NCBI GenBank assembly: GCA_902826315.1 | Contig: CADEEJ010000010.1 | Location: forward strand, 1,670-35,486 | Reading direction: 5' to 3' | Origin: an uncultured Steroidobacter sp. | GTDB lineage: Bacteria > Pseudomonadota > Gammaproteobacteria > Steroidobacterales > Steroidobacteraceae | DNA length: 33,817 nucleotides | Shown here: piece by piece, positions 17,979 through 26,763 of the stretch | Layout of the letters: every line of letters starts with the position of its first letter | Numbering within the stretch: position 1 is the stretch's first letter | Notes under the pieces: model-generated | The model's database searches: none | What the model was told of the DNA's origin: nothing | What the model saw: the letters and a program-made list of their open reading frames with translations, nothing else | Position numbers and translations under genes: made by a program

Positions 17979-20261
17979 ATGTCCACTCATGCTTCCAAGG
18001 CCGCAATCCGCCTCGCCTTTGCCGCCGCTGCGGCGTGCAGCCTACCAGTGTCCGGCCCGGCCGTGGCCGCCGAAGCGGGCGTCGAGGCCGGCACCATCGA
18101 GCAGATCACCGTCACCGCCCGCCGGCGCGAAGAGAGCCTGCAGGACGTCCCGGTCGCGATCACGGCGCTCACCGCCGACCAGCTGCTGGAACAGAACGTC
18201 CGCACGCTCGAAGACCTGACGGCCTACGCACCGAACATCAAGGTCAACGCCGGGCGTGCGACCACGAGCACGATCAACGCTTATATCCGCGGCGTCGGCC
18301 AGAACGACCCGCTGTGGGGCTTCGAGCCGGGCGTCGGCATCTACCTCGACGACGTCTACATCGCGCGCCCGCAAGGTGCGCTGCTCGACGTGTACGACGT
18401 CGAACGCATCGAAGTGCTGCGCGGTCCGCAAGGCACGCTGTACGGCAAGAACACGCTTGCCGGTGCCATCAAGTACGTGACGCGCGACATCTCCACGCAG
18501 GATGCCAACTTCAACGTCACCGCGACGGGCGGCAGCTACAACCAGCGCGACATCAAAGTCGGCGGTTCGGTGCCGGTCGTGGCCGATCACGTTTACCTCG
18601 GCGCAGCAGTCGCCTACTTGACGCGCGACGGCTACGGCGAGCTCGTGAACGATGGCACCCCGCGGGTATTCAACCGTGCGGGCCAGGACGTCTCGGACAA
18701 GGATGTGCTCGCGGCGCGCGCCAATGCCACGTTCGTGTGGGGCGAGAGCTCGAAGCTGCGCGTGCTCGTCGACACGATCCAGGACAATTCGAACGCCGCC
18801 GGCGGCAAGCGCCTCAACAATCTCCTGCAGCCTGCGCTGAACGATCGCTTCGACCAGCGCACCGACATGCCGGTCGACCGCGATCGCTTCATCAGCAAGG
18901 GCGCCGCAGCGACCTACACGCAAAGCCTCAGCGATGCGCTCGACTTCAAGCTGGTCGGCGCTTATCGCGAAGGCGACGGCCGCCAGTTCATCGACTTCGA
19001 AGAGCTGAATGCGAACGTGTTCCAGGTGCCGGCCCAGTACAGCGACAACCAGGCCAGCGGCGAAGCGCAGCTCACCTATACGAGCGACAGAGTCAGCGTT
19101 GTCGGCGGCGTCTATTACTTCGACGGCACGGCGCGAGGGGCATTCGACGCTTCGCTCGGCACCGCCACGGCGTTAACCAAGGGCAGCGTCAAGACGCAGA
19201 GCACGGCGGTGTACGCCGACACGACCTGGAAGCTGACGGACCGTTTGAATCTCAACGCCGGTGCGCGCTGGAATGAGGACGACAAGGACGCGACCGTGTT
19301 CGTGCAGCAGTACCTCGGCAACCTCCCGGCCAACCAGACCTTGTTCGATCAGAACGCCGTGCCGCCCGGCTTCACCGCCCTCGGGCCGCCGCAGACCAAC
19401 TACACGAACGACCGCAGCTTCTCGAATGTTTCGCCGCGGCTCGGCTTCGACTTCCGGGTCAGCGACGACCTGCTCGCGTACGTCAGCTACAGCGAAGGGT
19501 TCAAGAGCGGCGGCTTCGACATGCGCGGCAACGAGACTCTGAACCCGGCCACGCGTAACGGCTACGACTCGGAAATTGCCGACAACTACGAGCTCGGCAT
19601 CAAGTCGAACTGGTTCGCGGACACGCTGCAGCTCAACTTGACGGTTTTCTACACGCCCTACGAGGACGTGCAGATCGGCTCGCAGCAGTTCCAGGTCGTC
19701 AACGGCATTCCGACCAACGTGACCGCGATCCTGAATGCCGGCAAGCAGCTCAACAAGGGCGTCGAGCTGGAATCGGTGTGGCGGCCGGTGCCGGCGCTGA
19801 CGCTGGTGGCGAACGTCGGCTACCTCGACGCAGAGTTCGAAGAGTTCCTGGCCGGCTGCGTGCCGGCCGCGGCGGGTTGCACGCGTGACATCAGCTCGCT
19901 GAACGAGCCGATCAACTCGCCGGACTGGACGACCTTCCTCGGCGCGACGTACCGCTGGGAGCTGGGCGTCGGCGACTTGTCCGCGCACCTCGGCTACCAG
20001 TACCGCAGCAAGACGAAAGTGGCGAACACGACCCCGAGCGTCTCCGACCAGGATGCCTACGACCTGCTCGACCTCGGCGTCGCCTACACGACCTCGAACC
20101 AGGCGTGGCGCTTCGCGCTGGAAGGCAAGAACGTGCTCGACGAGGAGTATCGGGTCGCCGCCTACGATTTCAGCCCGAACCTGACGACGCAGCACATCAG
20201 CCAGATCGGCTTCTACGGCCCGCCGCGCACCGTCTCGCTGAGCGCGACGTACCGCTACTAG
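17979..20261 (+). CDS. TonB-dependent outer-membrane receptor
   Basis: Signal peptide, TonB box EQITVTARRREESLQDVP, plug motifs IRGVG and ERIEVLRGPQGTLYGKN, C-terminal GKNVLDEEY...PRTVSLSATYRY. AGGGGG SD before ATG 17979. Confidence 0.95.
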   Translation: MSTHASKAAIRLAFAAAAACSLPVSGPAVAAEAGVEAGTIEQITVTARRREESLQDVPVAITALTADQLLEQNVRTLEDLTAYAPNIKVNAGRATTSTINAYIRGVGQNDPLWGFEPGVGIYLDDVYIARPQGALLDVYDVERIEVLRGPQGTLYGKNTLAGAIKYVTRDISTQDANFNVTATGGSYNQRDIKVGGSVPVVADHVYLGAAVAYLTRDGYGELVNDGTPRVFNRAGQDVSDKDVLAARANATFVWGESSKLRVLVDTIQDNSNAAGGKRLNNLLQPALNDRFDQRTDMPVDRDRFISKGAAATYTQSLSDALDFKLVGAYREGDGRQFIDFEELNANVFQVPAQYSDNQASGEAQLTYTSDRVSVVGGVYYFDGTARGAFDASLGTATALTKGSVKTQSTAVYADTTWKLTDRLNLNAGARWNEDDKDATVFVQQYLGNLPANQTLFDQNAVPPGFTALGPPQTNYTNDRSFSNVSPRLGFDFRVSDDLLAYVSYSEGFKSGGFDMRGNETLNPATRNGYDSEIADNYELGIKSNWFADTLQLNLTVFYTPYEDVQIGSQQFQVVNGIPTNVTAILNAGKQLNKGVELESVWRPVPALTLVANVGYLDAEFEEFLAGCVPAAAGCTRDISSLNEPINSPDWTTFLGATYRWELGVGDLSAHLGYQYRSKTKVANTTPSVSDQDAYDLLDLGVAYTTSNQAWRFALEGKNVLDEEYRVAAYDFSPNLTTQHISQIGFYGPPRTVSLSATYRY

Positions 20262-20270
20262 ATCCCCCTC

Positions 20271-20310
20271 TGCCCTCCTCCGCTGCGCGCGGGGGAGGGC
20301 AATCTTTTGA
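20271..20310 (+). terminator. GC-rich hairpin between the TonB receptor gene and bdhA (partial terminator or mRNA stabiliser)
   Basis: TGCCCTCCTCCGC pairs with GCGGGGGAGGGCA (13 bp, one G-U), followed by ATCTTTT. Confidence 0.5.
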
Positions 20311-20314
20311 CTTC

Positions 20315-21049
20315 ATGTCTCACAGCATTCTCATCACCGGCGCCGCGAGCGGGATCGGCCTGGCGCTGACGCGGCACTTCGCCGCGCAAGGCCATCGCGT
20401 GATCGCCTGCGACTTGCAGCGGCCGCAGATCGATGCGCCGGTTCGCAAGCTCGCGTTCGACGTCGCCGACGCCGCGCAGATCGAGCGTGCGATGGCGCAG
20501 GTGGTCGACAATCCGCCGGACGTGCTGATCAACAACGCAGGACTGCAGCACGTCGCGCCGCTCGAGGAATTTCCGCCCGAACGCTGGCAGCAGCTGATCG
20601 CCGTGATGCTGACCGGTGCTGCGCTGCTGACTCGCGCGACGCTGCCGACGATGCGTCGTAAAGGATTTGGTCGCATCGTCAACATCGGCTCGATCCACTC
20701 GCTGGTGGCGTCGCCGTACAAGAGCGCGTACGTCGCCGCGAAGCACGGCCTGGTCGGCTTCAGCAAGAGCATCGCGCTGGAAACGCGCGACTGCGACATC
20801 ACGATCAACACGGTGTGTCCGAGCTACGTGAAGACGCCGCTGGTCGATTCGCAGATCGACGCGCTGGCGACGCGCCATGGGCTGACGCGGGACCAGGTGA
20901 TCGAGGAGATCATGCTCAAGCCGATGCCGAAGCGGCAGTTCATCGGCCTGGACGAGTTGGCCGGCACGGTCGAATTTCTGCTGAGCGCGACGGCGCGCAA
21001 CATCACGGGCCAGTGCATCACCTTGGATGGTGGTTGGACCGCGCAGTAG
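20315..21049 (+). CDS. bdhA: D-3-hydroxybutyrate dehydrogenase (SDR)
   Basis: TGAASGIG, NNAGLQHVAPLEEFP, SIHSLVASPYKSAYVAAKHG, CPSYVKTPLV, DGGWTAQ; these are signature BDH substrate-site motifs. Confidence 0.9.
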   Translation: MSHSILITGAASGIGLALTRHFAAQGHRVIACDLQRPQIDAPVRKLAFDVADAAQIERAMAQVVDNPPDVLINNAGLQHVAPLEEFPPERWQQLIAVMLTGAALLTRATLPTMRRKGFGRIVNIGSIHSLVASPYKSAYVAAKHGLVGFSKSIALETRDCDITINTVCPSYVKTPLVDSQIDALATRHGLTRDQVIEEIMLKPMPKRQFIGLDELAGTVEFLLSATARNITGQCITLDGGWTAQ

Positions 21050-21089
21050 GTAGAGTGCATCCCCACAAAATCGCGATCTGGGGGACGCC

Positions 21090-22190
21090 ATGCAAAGTCG
21101 AAGAAATTTCATCGCGGCCGGCTCGCTGGCCGTAGGCGCGGCACTGCTTGCTCGGCAGGCGCTCGGTGCAGCACCGACCAAGAACCGCCGCATCGTGCTC
21201 GCCAAGCGCCCGCAGGGCGAGCCGACACCCGCGGACTTTCGCCTCGAAGAAACGCCGATCCCGGCACTGAAGGACGGCGAGATCCTGATGCAGACGGTGT
21301 GGCTGTCGCTCGATCCGTATATGCGCGGTCGCATGAGCGAAGGTCCGTCGTATGCGGCCTCTACCGGCCTCAACGAGGTGATGATCGGCGGCACCGTGTC
21401 GCGCGTCGTCGCCAGCCGCAATCCCAAGTTCAGCGAAGGCGACATGGTCCTGTCGTACAGCGGCTGGCAGGAGTACCAGATCTCGAACGGCGGCGGCATC
21501 ACCAAGCTCGATCCGCGCATCCCGCGGCCGTCGTATGCGCTCGGCGTGCTCGGCATGCCGGGTATCACCGCGTATGTCGGCACGCTCGACATCGGTCAGC
21601 CGAAGGAAGGCGAGACGCTCGTCGTTGCTGCCGCGACCGGTGCGGTCGGCTCGGTCGTCGGGCAGATCGCGAAGATCAAAGGGCTGCGCGCGGTCGGCAT
21701 CGCCGGCGGCAAAGAGAAGTGCGACTACGCCGTGAAAGAACTTGGCTTCGATGCCTGCATCGACCATCGCGACGCGAACATGCCCGCACTGCTGAAGGCA
21801 GCTTGCCCGAAAGGCATCGACGTGTACTTCGAGAACGTCGGCGGAGCGGTGTGGGACGCGGTCGTGCCGCTGATCAACACTCACGCGCGCATCCCGTTGT
21901 GCGGCCTCATCGCGCAATACAACGCCACCAGCCTGCCGGCCGGTCCGGATCGCAGCTCGCAGCTGATGGGCATGTTCCTGGTGAAGCAGGTCAAGGTGCA
22001 GGGTTTCATCATCTCGAACTACTTCCATCGCATGCCCGCATTCCTCGGCGACATGAGCCAGTGGATGCAAGCGGGACGCATCAAGTACCGCGAAGACATC
22101 ACGCGCGGGCTGGAGAATGCGCCGCAGGCGTTCATGGGGCTGTTCAAGGGCAGCAACTTCGGCAAGCTGTTGGTGCAAGTCGCCGACTAG
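21090..22190 (+). CDS. curA: NADPH-dependent alkenal/one oxidoreductase (CurA/YncB, PTGR-like MDR) with a twin-arginine signal peptide
   Basis: NRRIVLAKRPQG, WLSLDPYMRGRM, LGVLGMPGITAY, AAATGAVGS, GIDVYFENVGG, CGLIAQYN, NFGK. N-terminus MQSRRNFI..ALGA. Confidence 0.88.
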   Translation: MQSRRNFIAAGSLAVGAALLARQALGAAPTKNRRIVLAKRPQGEPTPADFRLEETPIPALKDGEILMQTVWLSLDPYMRGRMSEGPSYAASTGLNEVMIGGTVSRVVASRNPKFSEGDMVLSYSGWQEYQISNGGGITKLDPRIPRPSYALGVLGMPGITAYVGTLDIGQPKEGETLVVAAATGAVGSVVGQIAKIKGLRAVGIAGGKEKCDYAVKELGFDACIDHRDANMPALLKAACPKGIDVYFENVGGAVWDAVVPLINTHARIPLCGLIAQYNATSLPAGPDRSSQLMGMFLVKQVKVQGFIISNYFHRMPAFLGDMSQWMQAGRIKYREDITRGLENAPQAFMGLFKGSNFGKLLVQVAD

Positions 22191-22203
22191 CAGTCGACTG
22201 GCG

Positions 22204-23469
22204 ATGTCCCGCGCGCAGAAGATCTCGCTGCTCGTCGCGCTGTACTTCGCGCAGGGGCTGCCGTTCGGGTTCTTCACGATCGTCCTGCCTGCGACGCTGC
22301 GCAAGGCGGGACTGTCGTTGACGACGATCGGCCTGGTGAGCCTGCTGCTGACGCTGCCGTGGCTGCTGAAGTTTCTATGGGCGCCGTTCGTCGATCACCG
22401 CGGCACGCGGCGCGCCTGGCTGTTGTCGCTGCAGAGTGCGGCGCTCATCGTCGCCGCTGCGATCACGCAGCTACCCCTGGAAAGCAGTTACGTACTGCTG
22501 TTCGCGATGGCGTTCACGTTCAACCTGATTGCAGCCACGCAGGACATCGCGACCGATGGCCTCGCAATACGCATGCTCGATGCACGCGAGCTCGGCATCG
22601 CGAACGGCATCCAGGTCGGCGCCTACCGTGTCGGGATGATGTTCGGCGGTGGCCTGCTGCTGAAGATCTTCGATCTCACCGACTGGACCGTGACTTTCGC
22701 TGGCATGGCGGCGTTGATCGCGCTCACCATGATTCCAGTGCTCGCGATGCGCGAGCCTCCTGACGCCGCGAACGTAGCGCCGCCCCGCACGACGGAGCTC
22801 ATGTTCGGTTGGCTGCGACGGCTGCTGACGCCGGGCGTATTGCTGCTGGCGGGCTTGATTTTCTGCTATCGCTTCGGCGATCAGATGCTGACCACGCTGC
22901 TCGTGCCGTTCCTGACTGATCGCGGTCTGGGCTTGTCCGGCATCGCGGTCCTGAAGGGATGGGTCGGCAATGCGATGAGCATCGTCGGCGCGCTGCTGGG
23001 CGGCTGGCTGGCTTTCAGCACCCCGCGACGCAACGCGCTGCTGATCAGCGGCGTCGGGCAAGTGGCGTCGTTCACTTTGTACGTGGCGATCGCGCTCGGG
23101 GCTGGCGGCATCGGCCTGCTTTGGGTCGCGACGATCGTCGAAGGGCTGCTCGGCACGATGGCAACCGTGGCGCTGTTCGCCCTGATGATGGATGCGTCGG
23201 ATCCCGAGCACGCCGGCACCGACTACACCCTGCTGGCCTGCGTCGTGCTCGTGGTTGGCATGATCGCGAACATCGCCGGCGCGTCGCTCGCCGATGCGTT
23301 CGGCTACGCGACCGCGTTCGCAACCGGAGCGGTGCTGGCGCTGTTCGGCTGCCTCGCGCTCGTGTGGGTACTGGATCGATATCCGATTTCCGCACGCGTC
23401 GCAGCCGCGTGGCGCACTGGCGTACCGCCGGCCGCTAAACCATCGCAGACTTCGGCAACTGGATATTGA
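22204..23469 (+). CDS. MFS transporter, AmpG/RhtX/FptX-like
   Basis: LYFAQGLPFGF, LPWLLKFLWAPFVD, ATQDIATDGLAI, GYA/HAGTDYT; about 12 TM segments. Confidence 0.88.
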   Translation: MSRAQKISLLVALYFAQGLPFGFFTIVLPATLRKAGLSLTTIGLVSLLLTLPWLLKFLWAPFVDHRGTRRAWLLSLQSAALIVAAAITQLPLESSYVLLFAMAFTFNLIAATQDIATDGLAIRMLDARELGIANGIQVGAYRVGMMFGGGLLLKIFDLTDWTVTFAGMAALIALTMIPVLAMREPPDAANVAPPRTTELMFGWLRRLLTPGVLLLAGLIFCYRFGDQMLTTLLVPFLTDRGLGLSGIAVLKGWVGNAMSIVGALLGGWLAFSTPRRNALLISGVGQVASFTLYVAIALGAGGIGLLWVATIVEGLLGTMATVALFALMMDASDPEHAGTDYTLLACVVLVVGMIANIAGASLADAFGYATAFATGAVLALFGCLALVWVLDRYPISARVAAAWRTGVPPAAKPSQTSATGY

Positions 23470-25264
23470 ACGTCGCGCCCTCGCCGGGCCGGCTCTGCGC
23501 CCACACGCGCCCGCCGATGCGCTCGACCGCCTTGCGCACCAGCGCCAGCCCGATGCCCGTGCCCGGATACTGGTCGTCGCGATGCAGGCGCTGGAAGATC
23601 TTGAAGATGTGATCGTGATATTCCATCTCGAAGCCGATGCCGTTGTCGGCGACGGTGAGCACCACGCCGAGATCGTTGCGCAGTGCCTTGACCTCGATGT
23701 GCGCATGCTGGCGGTCGCGCGTGTACTTCAACGCGTTCTCGAACAGGTTGCGCAGCGCCAGCAGTAATCCCTCGGCGTCGATGCGTAGCCTGAGCGGCTC
23801 GACCTGCACCGACAGCTGCACGTGGCGCCGTTGCACCTCATCTGCGTATTGCAACAGCACTGAGTCGATCAGGTCCGGCAGTGCGACGACGCTGGACTGC
23901 AATCCACGCCGGTCTATATGCGAATACGCGAGCAGATCGTCGATCAACGTCGCCATCCGCAGCGAGCCGTTGCGGATGCGCGCCAGGTGCTCACGGGCCT
24001 GCGGACTGAGCTGGCCGTCCATTTCGGCCTCGAACAGGTGCGCGAAGCCGTTGATCGCGCGCAACGGCGCCTTCAGGTCGTGCGCGACCGCATAGGAAAA
24101 TCCTTCCAGCTCGTCGTACGCGCGCTTGAGCTCATTGGTCCGCTCGCTCACGCGTTGCTCGAGCGCGGTCGCCAGCTCGCGATAGCGGGCTTCGCTCAGG
24201 CGCAGCTCGACGTTCGCCGATTGCAGCTGCTCGTTCGTCGCCACCAGCTTGCGAGTCAGCTGCTGCGATTCGTTCTGAATCCAGGCTTCGCGCACGCCGA
24301 GGATGATCGCGAACAGAATGAATAGACCGGCAGCCGACAGGATGACGCGCGCGCTCAGCGTGGTGGAGCTGCCGACCGCAACGACGACCATGATGATGAT
24401 GAGCAACGCCGGAATGACTGCTTCGAGCCAGCGCTCGTGCGCCAGGATTCCCTGCGGCCCTTCGCGGCGATCGTGTTGACTCACCCACGCCTGCTCATGC
24501 GCCGCGACGGCGATCAGCCCGAACATCACCACCCAGCTCGCGTTGAGCAGATCGTCCGCGAGATAGCTGTTGGTCAGCAGCGAGTGCGCATAGATCAGGT
24601 TCGCGACCGCGTAGACGCCGCTCGCGATCACCAGCAGCAGCATCGGCAGCCAGCTTGCGCTCCAGCGATACGTCCACAACGCGTACAACGCGATGAGAAA
24701 GGTCGCGGCGACGAGCAGCGTATGCACGACTGCGATGACGAGATAGAACCCCGGCACGCGGCTCTGCAGTGCGGGCTCCAGCGTGCCGAGCACGATCGTC
24801 ATGAGCAGGCAGCAGGTGACGAGCCCTATGTTGCCGAGATGCTTGAAGGTGAACGGTGCGCGCTCGCGTGATTCCGGCAACAGCAGCACGCCTGCAATCC
24901 AGAACAGCGCGAAGGCGCTGAAGAAGATCTGGCCGATGCTCGGGAAGGGAATGCCGACGCCCAGGATCAGCTGGCTGTAGTTCCAGTGGAGTTGCCCTAT
25001 CAACCAGCTGACGCAGCCCAGCCCGAACAGCAGCCAGGCGCGGCGCCGTGCCCGCTCGACCCGGCGCGAGGTGCGCAGACAGGCCCACGCGGTTAAGGCC
25101 GAAACGACCGTCCAGGCGATGTCGTTGATCCAGATCGCGACCCGGTCCGTCGCCAGGACCATCGCGACGAGGTAGCCGACGAGGCCCGCCAGCCACGCGT
25201 ACGAGGGCAGCCAGCGCCCGCGCGCTTCGCTCAAGCCCTCTGCTCGTGCCAGCACTGTTTGCAT
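23435..25264 (-). CDS. Multi-TM sensor histidine kinase (orphan)
   Basis: About 9-10 TM segments, coiled coil, H-box FSYAVAHDLKAPL, N-box NLFENALKY, DNGIG, F-box IFKIFQRL, G2 GTGIGLA. Confidence 0.92.
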   Translation of the reverse strand: MQTVLARAEGLSEARGRWLPSYAWLAGLVGYLVAMVLATDRVAIWINDIAWTVVSALTAWACLRTSRRVERARRRAWLLFGLGCVSWLIGQLHWNYSQLILGVGIPFPSIGQIFFSAFALFWIAGVLLLPESRERAPFTFKHLGNIGLVTCCLLMTIVLGTLEPALQSRVPGFYLVIAVVHTLLVAATFLIALYALWTYRWSASWLPMLLLVIASGVYAVANLIYAHSLLTNSYLADDLLNASWVVMFGLIAVAAHEQAWVSQHDRREGPQGILAHERWLEAVIPALLIIIMVVVAVGSSTTLSARVILSAAGLFILFAIILGVREAWIQNESQQLTRKLVATNEQLQSANVELRLSEARYRELATALEQRVSERTNELKRAYDELEGFSYAVAHDLKAPLRAINGFAHLFEAEMDGQLSPQAREHLARIRNGSLRMATLIDDLLAYSHIDRRGLQSSVVALPDLIDSVLLQYADEVQRRHVQLSVQVEPLRLRIDAEGLLLALRNLFENALKYTRDRQHAHIEVKALRNDLGVVLTVADNGIGFEMEYHDHIFKIFQRLHRDDQYPGTGIGLALVRKAVERIGGRVWAQSRPGEGATFNIQLPKSAMV

Positions 25265-25312
25265 GATCCGAAGTATATTGCACGGACCGCGAGGGAGTCG
25301 GGGGAGCAATCG

Positions 25313-26665
25313 ATGGCGTCATTGTGTTTCGAGAGCGCGCTGCACATCGCAGCGCAACTGCGCCGTCGCGAGCTCAGCGCAGTGGAGTGCCTCGAATATT
25401 TTCGCGAACGCGTCGAGCGGCTGAATCCTGCGATCAACGCCATCGTCGTGTTCGATTGGGACCGGGCGCGTGAGGGTGCGCTCCGTGCCGATCGAGCGCT
25501 GGCGCAGGGCCAGCCGACCGGGCCGCTGCACGGCGTGCCGATGACGATCAAGGAATCGTTCGACGTGGCCGGACTGCCGACGACCTGGGGCGACCCTGCT
25601 CTGAGTTATGTAGCGGAACGTGACGATCAAGTCGTCGCGCGACTCAAGGCCGCCGGCGCGGTGATCTTCGGCAAGACCAACGTCCCGTATCACCTGCTGG
25701 ATTTTCAGACGTACAACGATATCTACGGTTGCACGAACAACCCCTGGGACCGCACGCGCACGCCGGGCGGATCGTCGGGTGGCGCGGCGGCCGCGCTCGC
25801 AGCCGGGCTGACGTCACTCGAAGTCGGCAGCGACATCGGCGGCTCGATCCGCAATCCCGCGCACTACAGCGGTGTGTTCGGACACAAGCCGACGTTCGAC
25901 ATCATCGCCAGCGACCGGCTCGCACCGCCGCCGTCGGTCGCTGGCATCGATCTCGCAGTCGCAGGACCGCTGGCGCGCAGTGCCGAAGATCTCGATACGA
26001 CACTGCGTCTGCTCGTTGGACCCGGGCGGCTCAATCACGCAGTGAAGGTCGAGTTGCCGCAGTCGCGACGCAAGCTGAGCGAGTATCGAGTCGCATTGTG
26101 GCCGAGCGATCCAACCTCACCGGTGCAGCGAGAAATCGCAGATCGTTGTCAGTCGCTCGGCGAGCGGCTCGCATCGTTGGGAGCGAAAGTATCCGATCGC
26201 GCGCGGCCGGCGTTCTCGACGGAGCACGCAGCTTCCGTGTACCGAAGGCTGCTGAGCGGCGCGACGAACGCGCAGAGCGAGCTCACCCATCGCGACTGGA
26301 TCCAGCTCGATGAAGAACGCACCCGTTTGCGCCTCGCGTGGCAGGAGTTCTTTCGCGAGTGGGACGTTGTGGTGTGTCCGATCGCGGCGGCCGTCGCCTT
26401 CGAGCATCTGCACAGCGAGTACCGCGGCCGCAAGCTGCGCATCGACGGCGCCGATCTGCCGTATTTTCAGCAGCTGTTCTGGGCCGGGCTCGCGACCTGC
26501 AGCTACTTGCCGTCGACCGTGTTCCCGACCGGCGTGGGCACGCAAAACTTGCCAATCGGCCTGCAGGCAATCGGCGCTGCGTATGCCGATCTGCAGACCA
26601 TCGAGTTCGCGCGCCTCGTTGCGCAGGAATTCGGCGGCTTCCAGCCCCCTCCCGGGTTTGACTGA
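25313..26665 (+). CDS. Amidase signature family hydrolase
   Basis: GPLHGVPMTIKE (Lys), GKTNVP, TPGGSSGG, GSDIGGSIRNPA (Ser-cisSer-Lys triad). GGGGGAG SD. Confidence 0.93.
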   Translation: MASLCFESALHIAAQLRRRELSAVECLEYFRERVERLNPAINAIVVFDWDRAREGALRADRALAQGQPTGPLHGVPMTIKESFDVAGLPTTWGDPALSYVAERDDQVVARLKAAGAVIFGKTNVPYHLLDFQTYNDIYGCTNNPWDRTRTPGGSSGGAAAALAAGLTSLEVGSDIGGSIRNPAHYSGVFGHKPTFDIIASDRLAPPPSVAGIDLAVAGPLARSAEDLDTTLRLLVGPGRLNHAVKVELPQSRRKLSEYRVALWPSDPTSPVQREIADRCQSLGERLASLGAKVSDRARPAFSTEHAASVYRRLLSGATNAQSELTHRDWIQLDEERTRLRLAWQEFFREWDVVVCPIAAAVAFEHLHSEYRGRKLRIDGADLPYFQQLFWAGLATCSYLPSTVFPTGVGTQNLPIGLQAIGAAYADLQTIEFARLVAQEFGGFQPPPGFD

Positions 26666-26763
26666 ATACAGCCTGAATTCATGTTGCGACGGCCGGCGTA
26701 GCTTCTGACGGTGCCTGCGTAGTACAACTGTCGGACGGAAGTTTTCTGCGACAGGAGTGGGCG

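Noticed and set aside
21057-21088. Imperfect inverted repeat (CCCCA...ATCGCGAT...TGGGG) covering the curA SD
   Set aside because: Single imperfect copy that cannot be separated from chance or a decayed repeat without a genome search.
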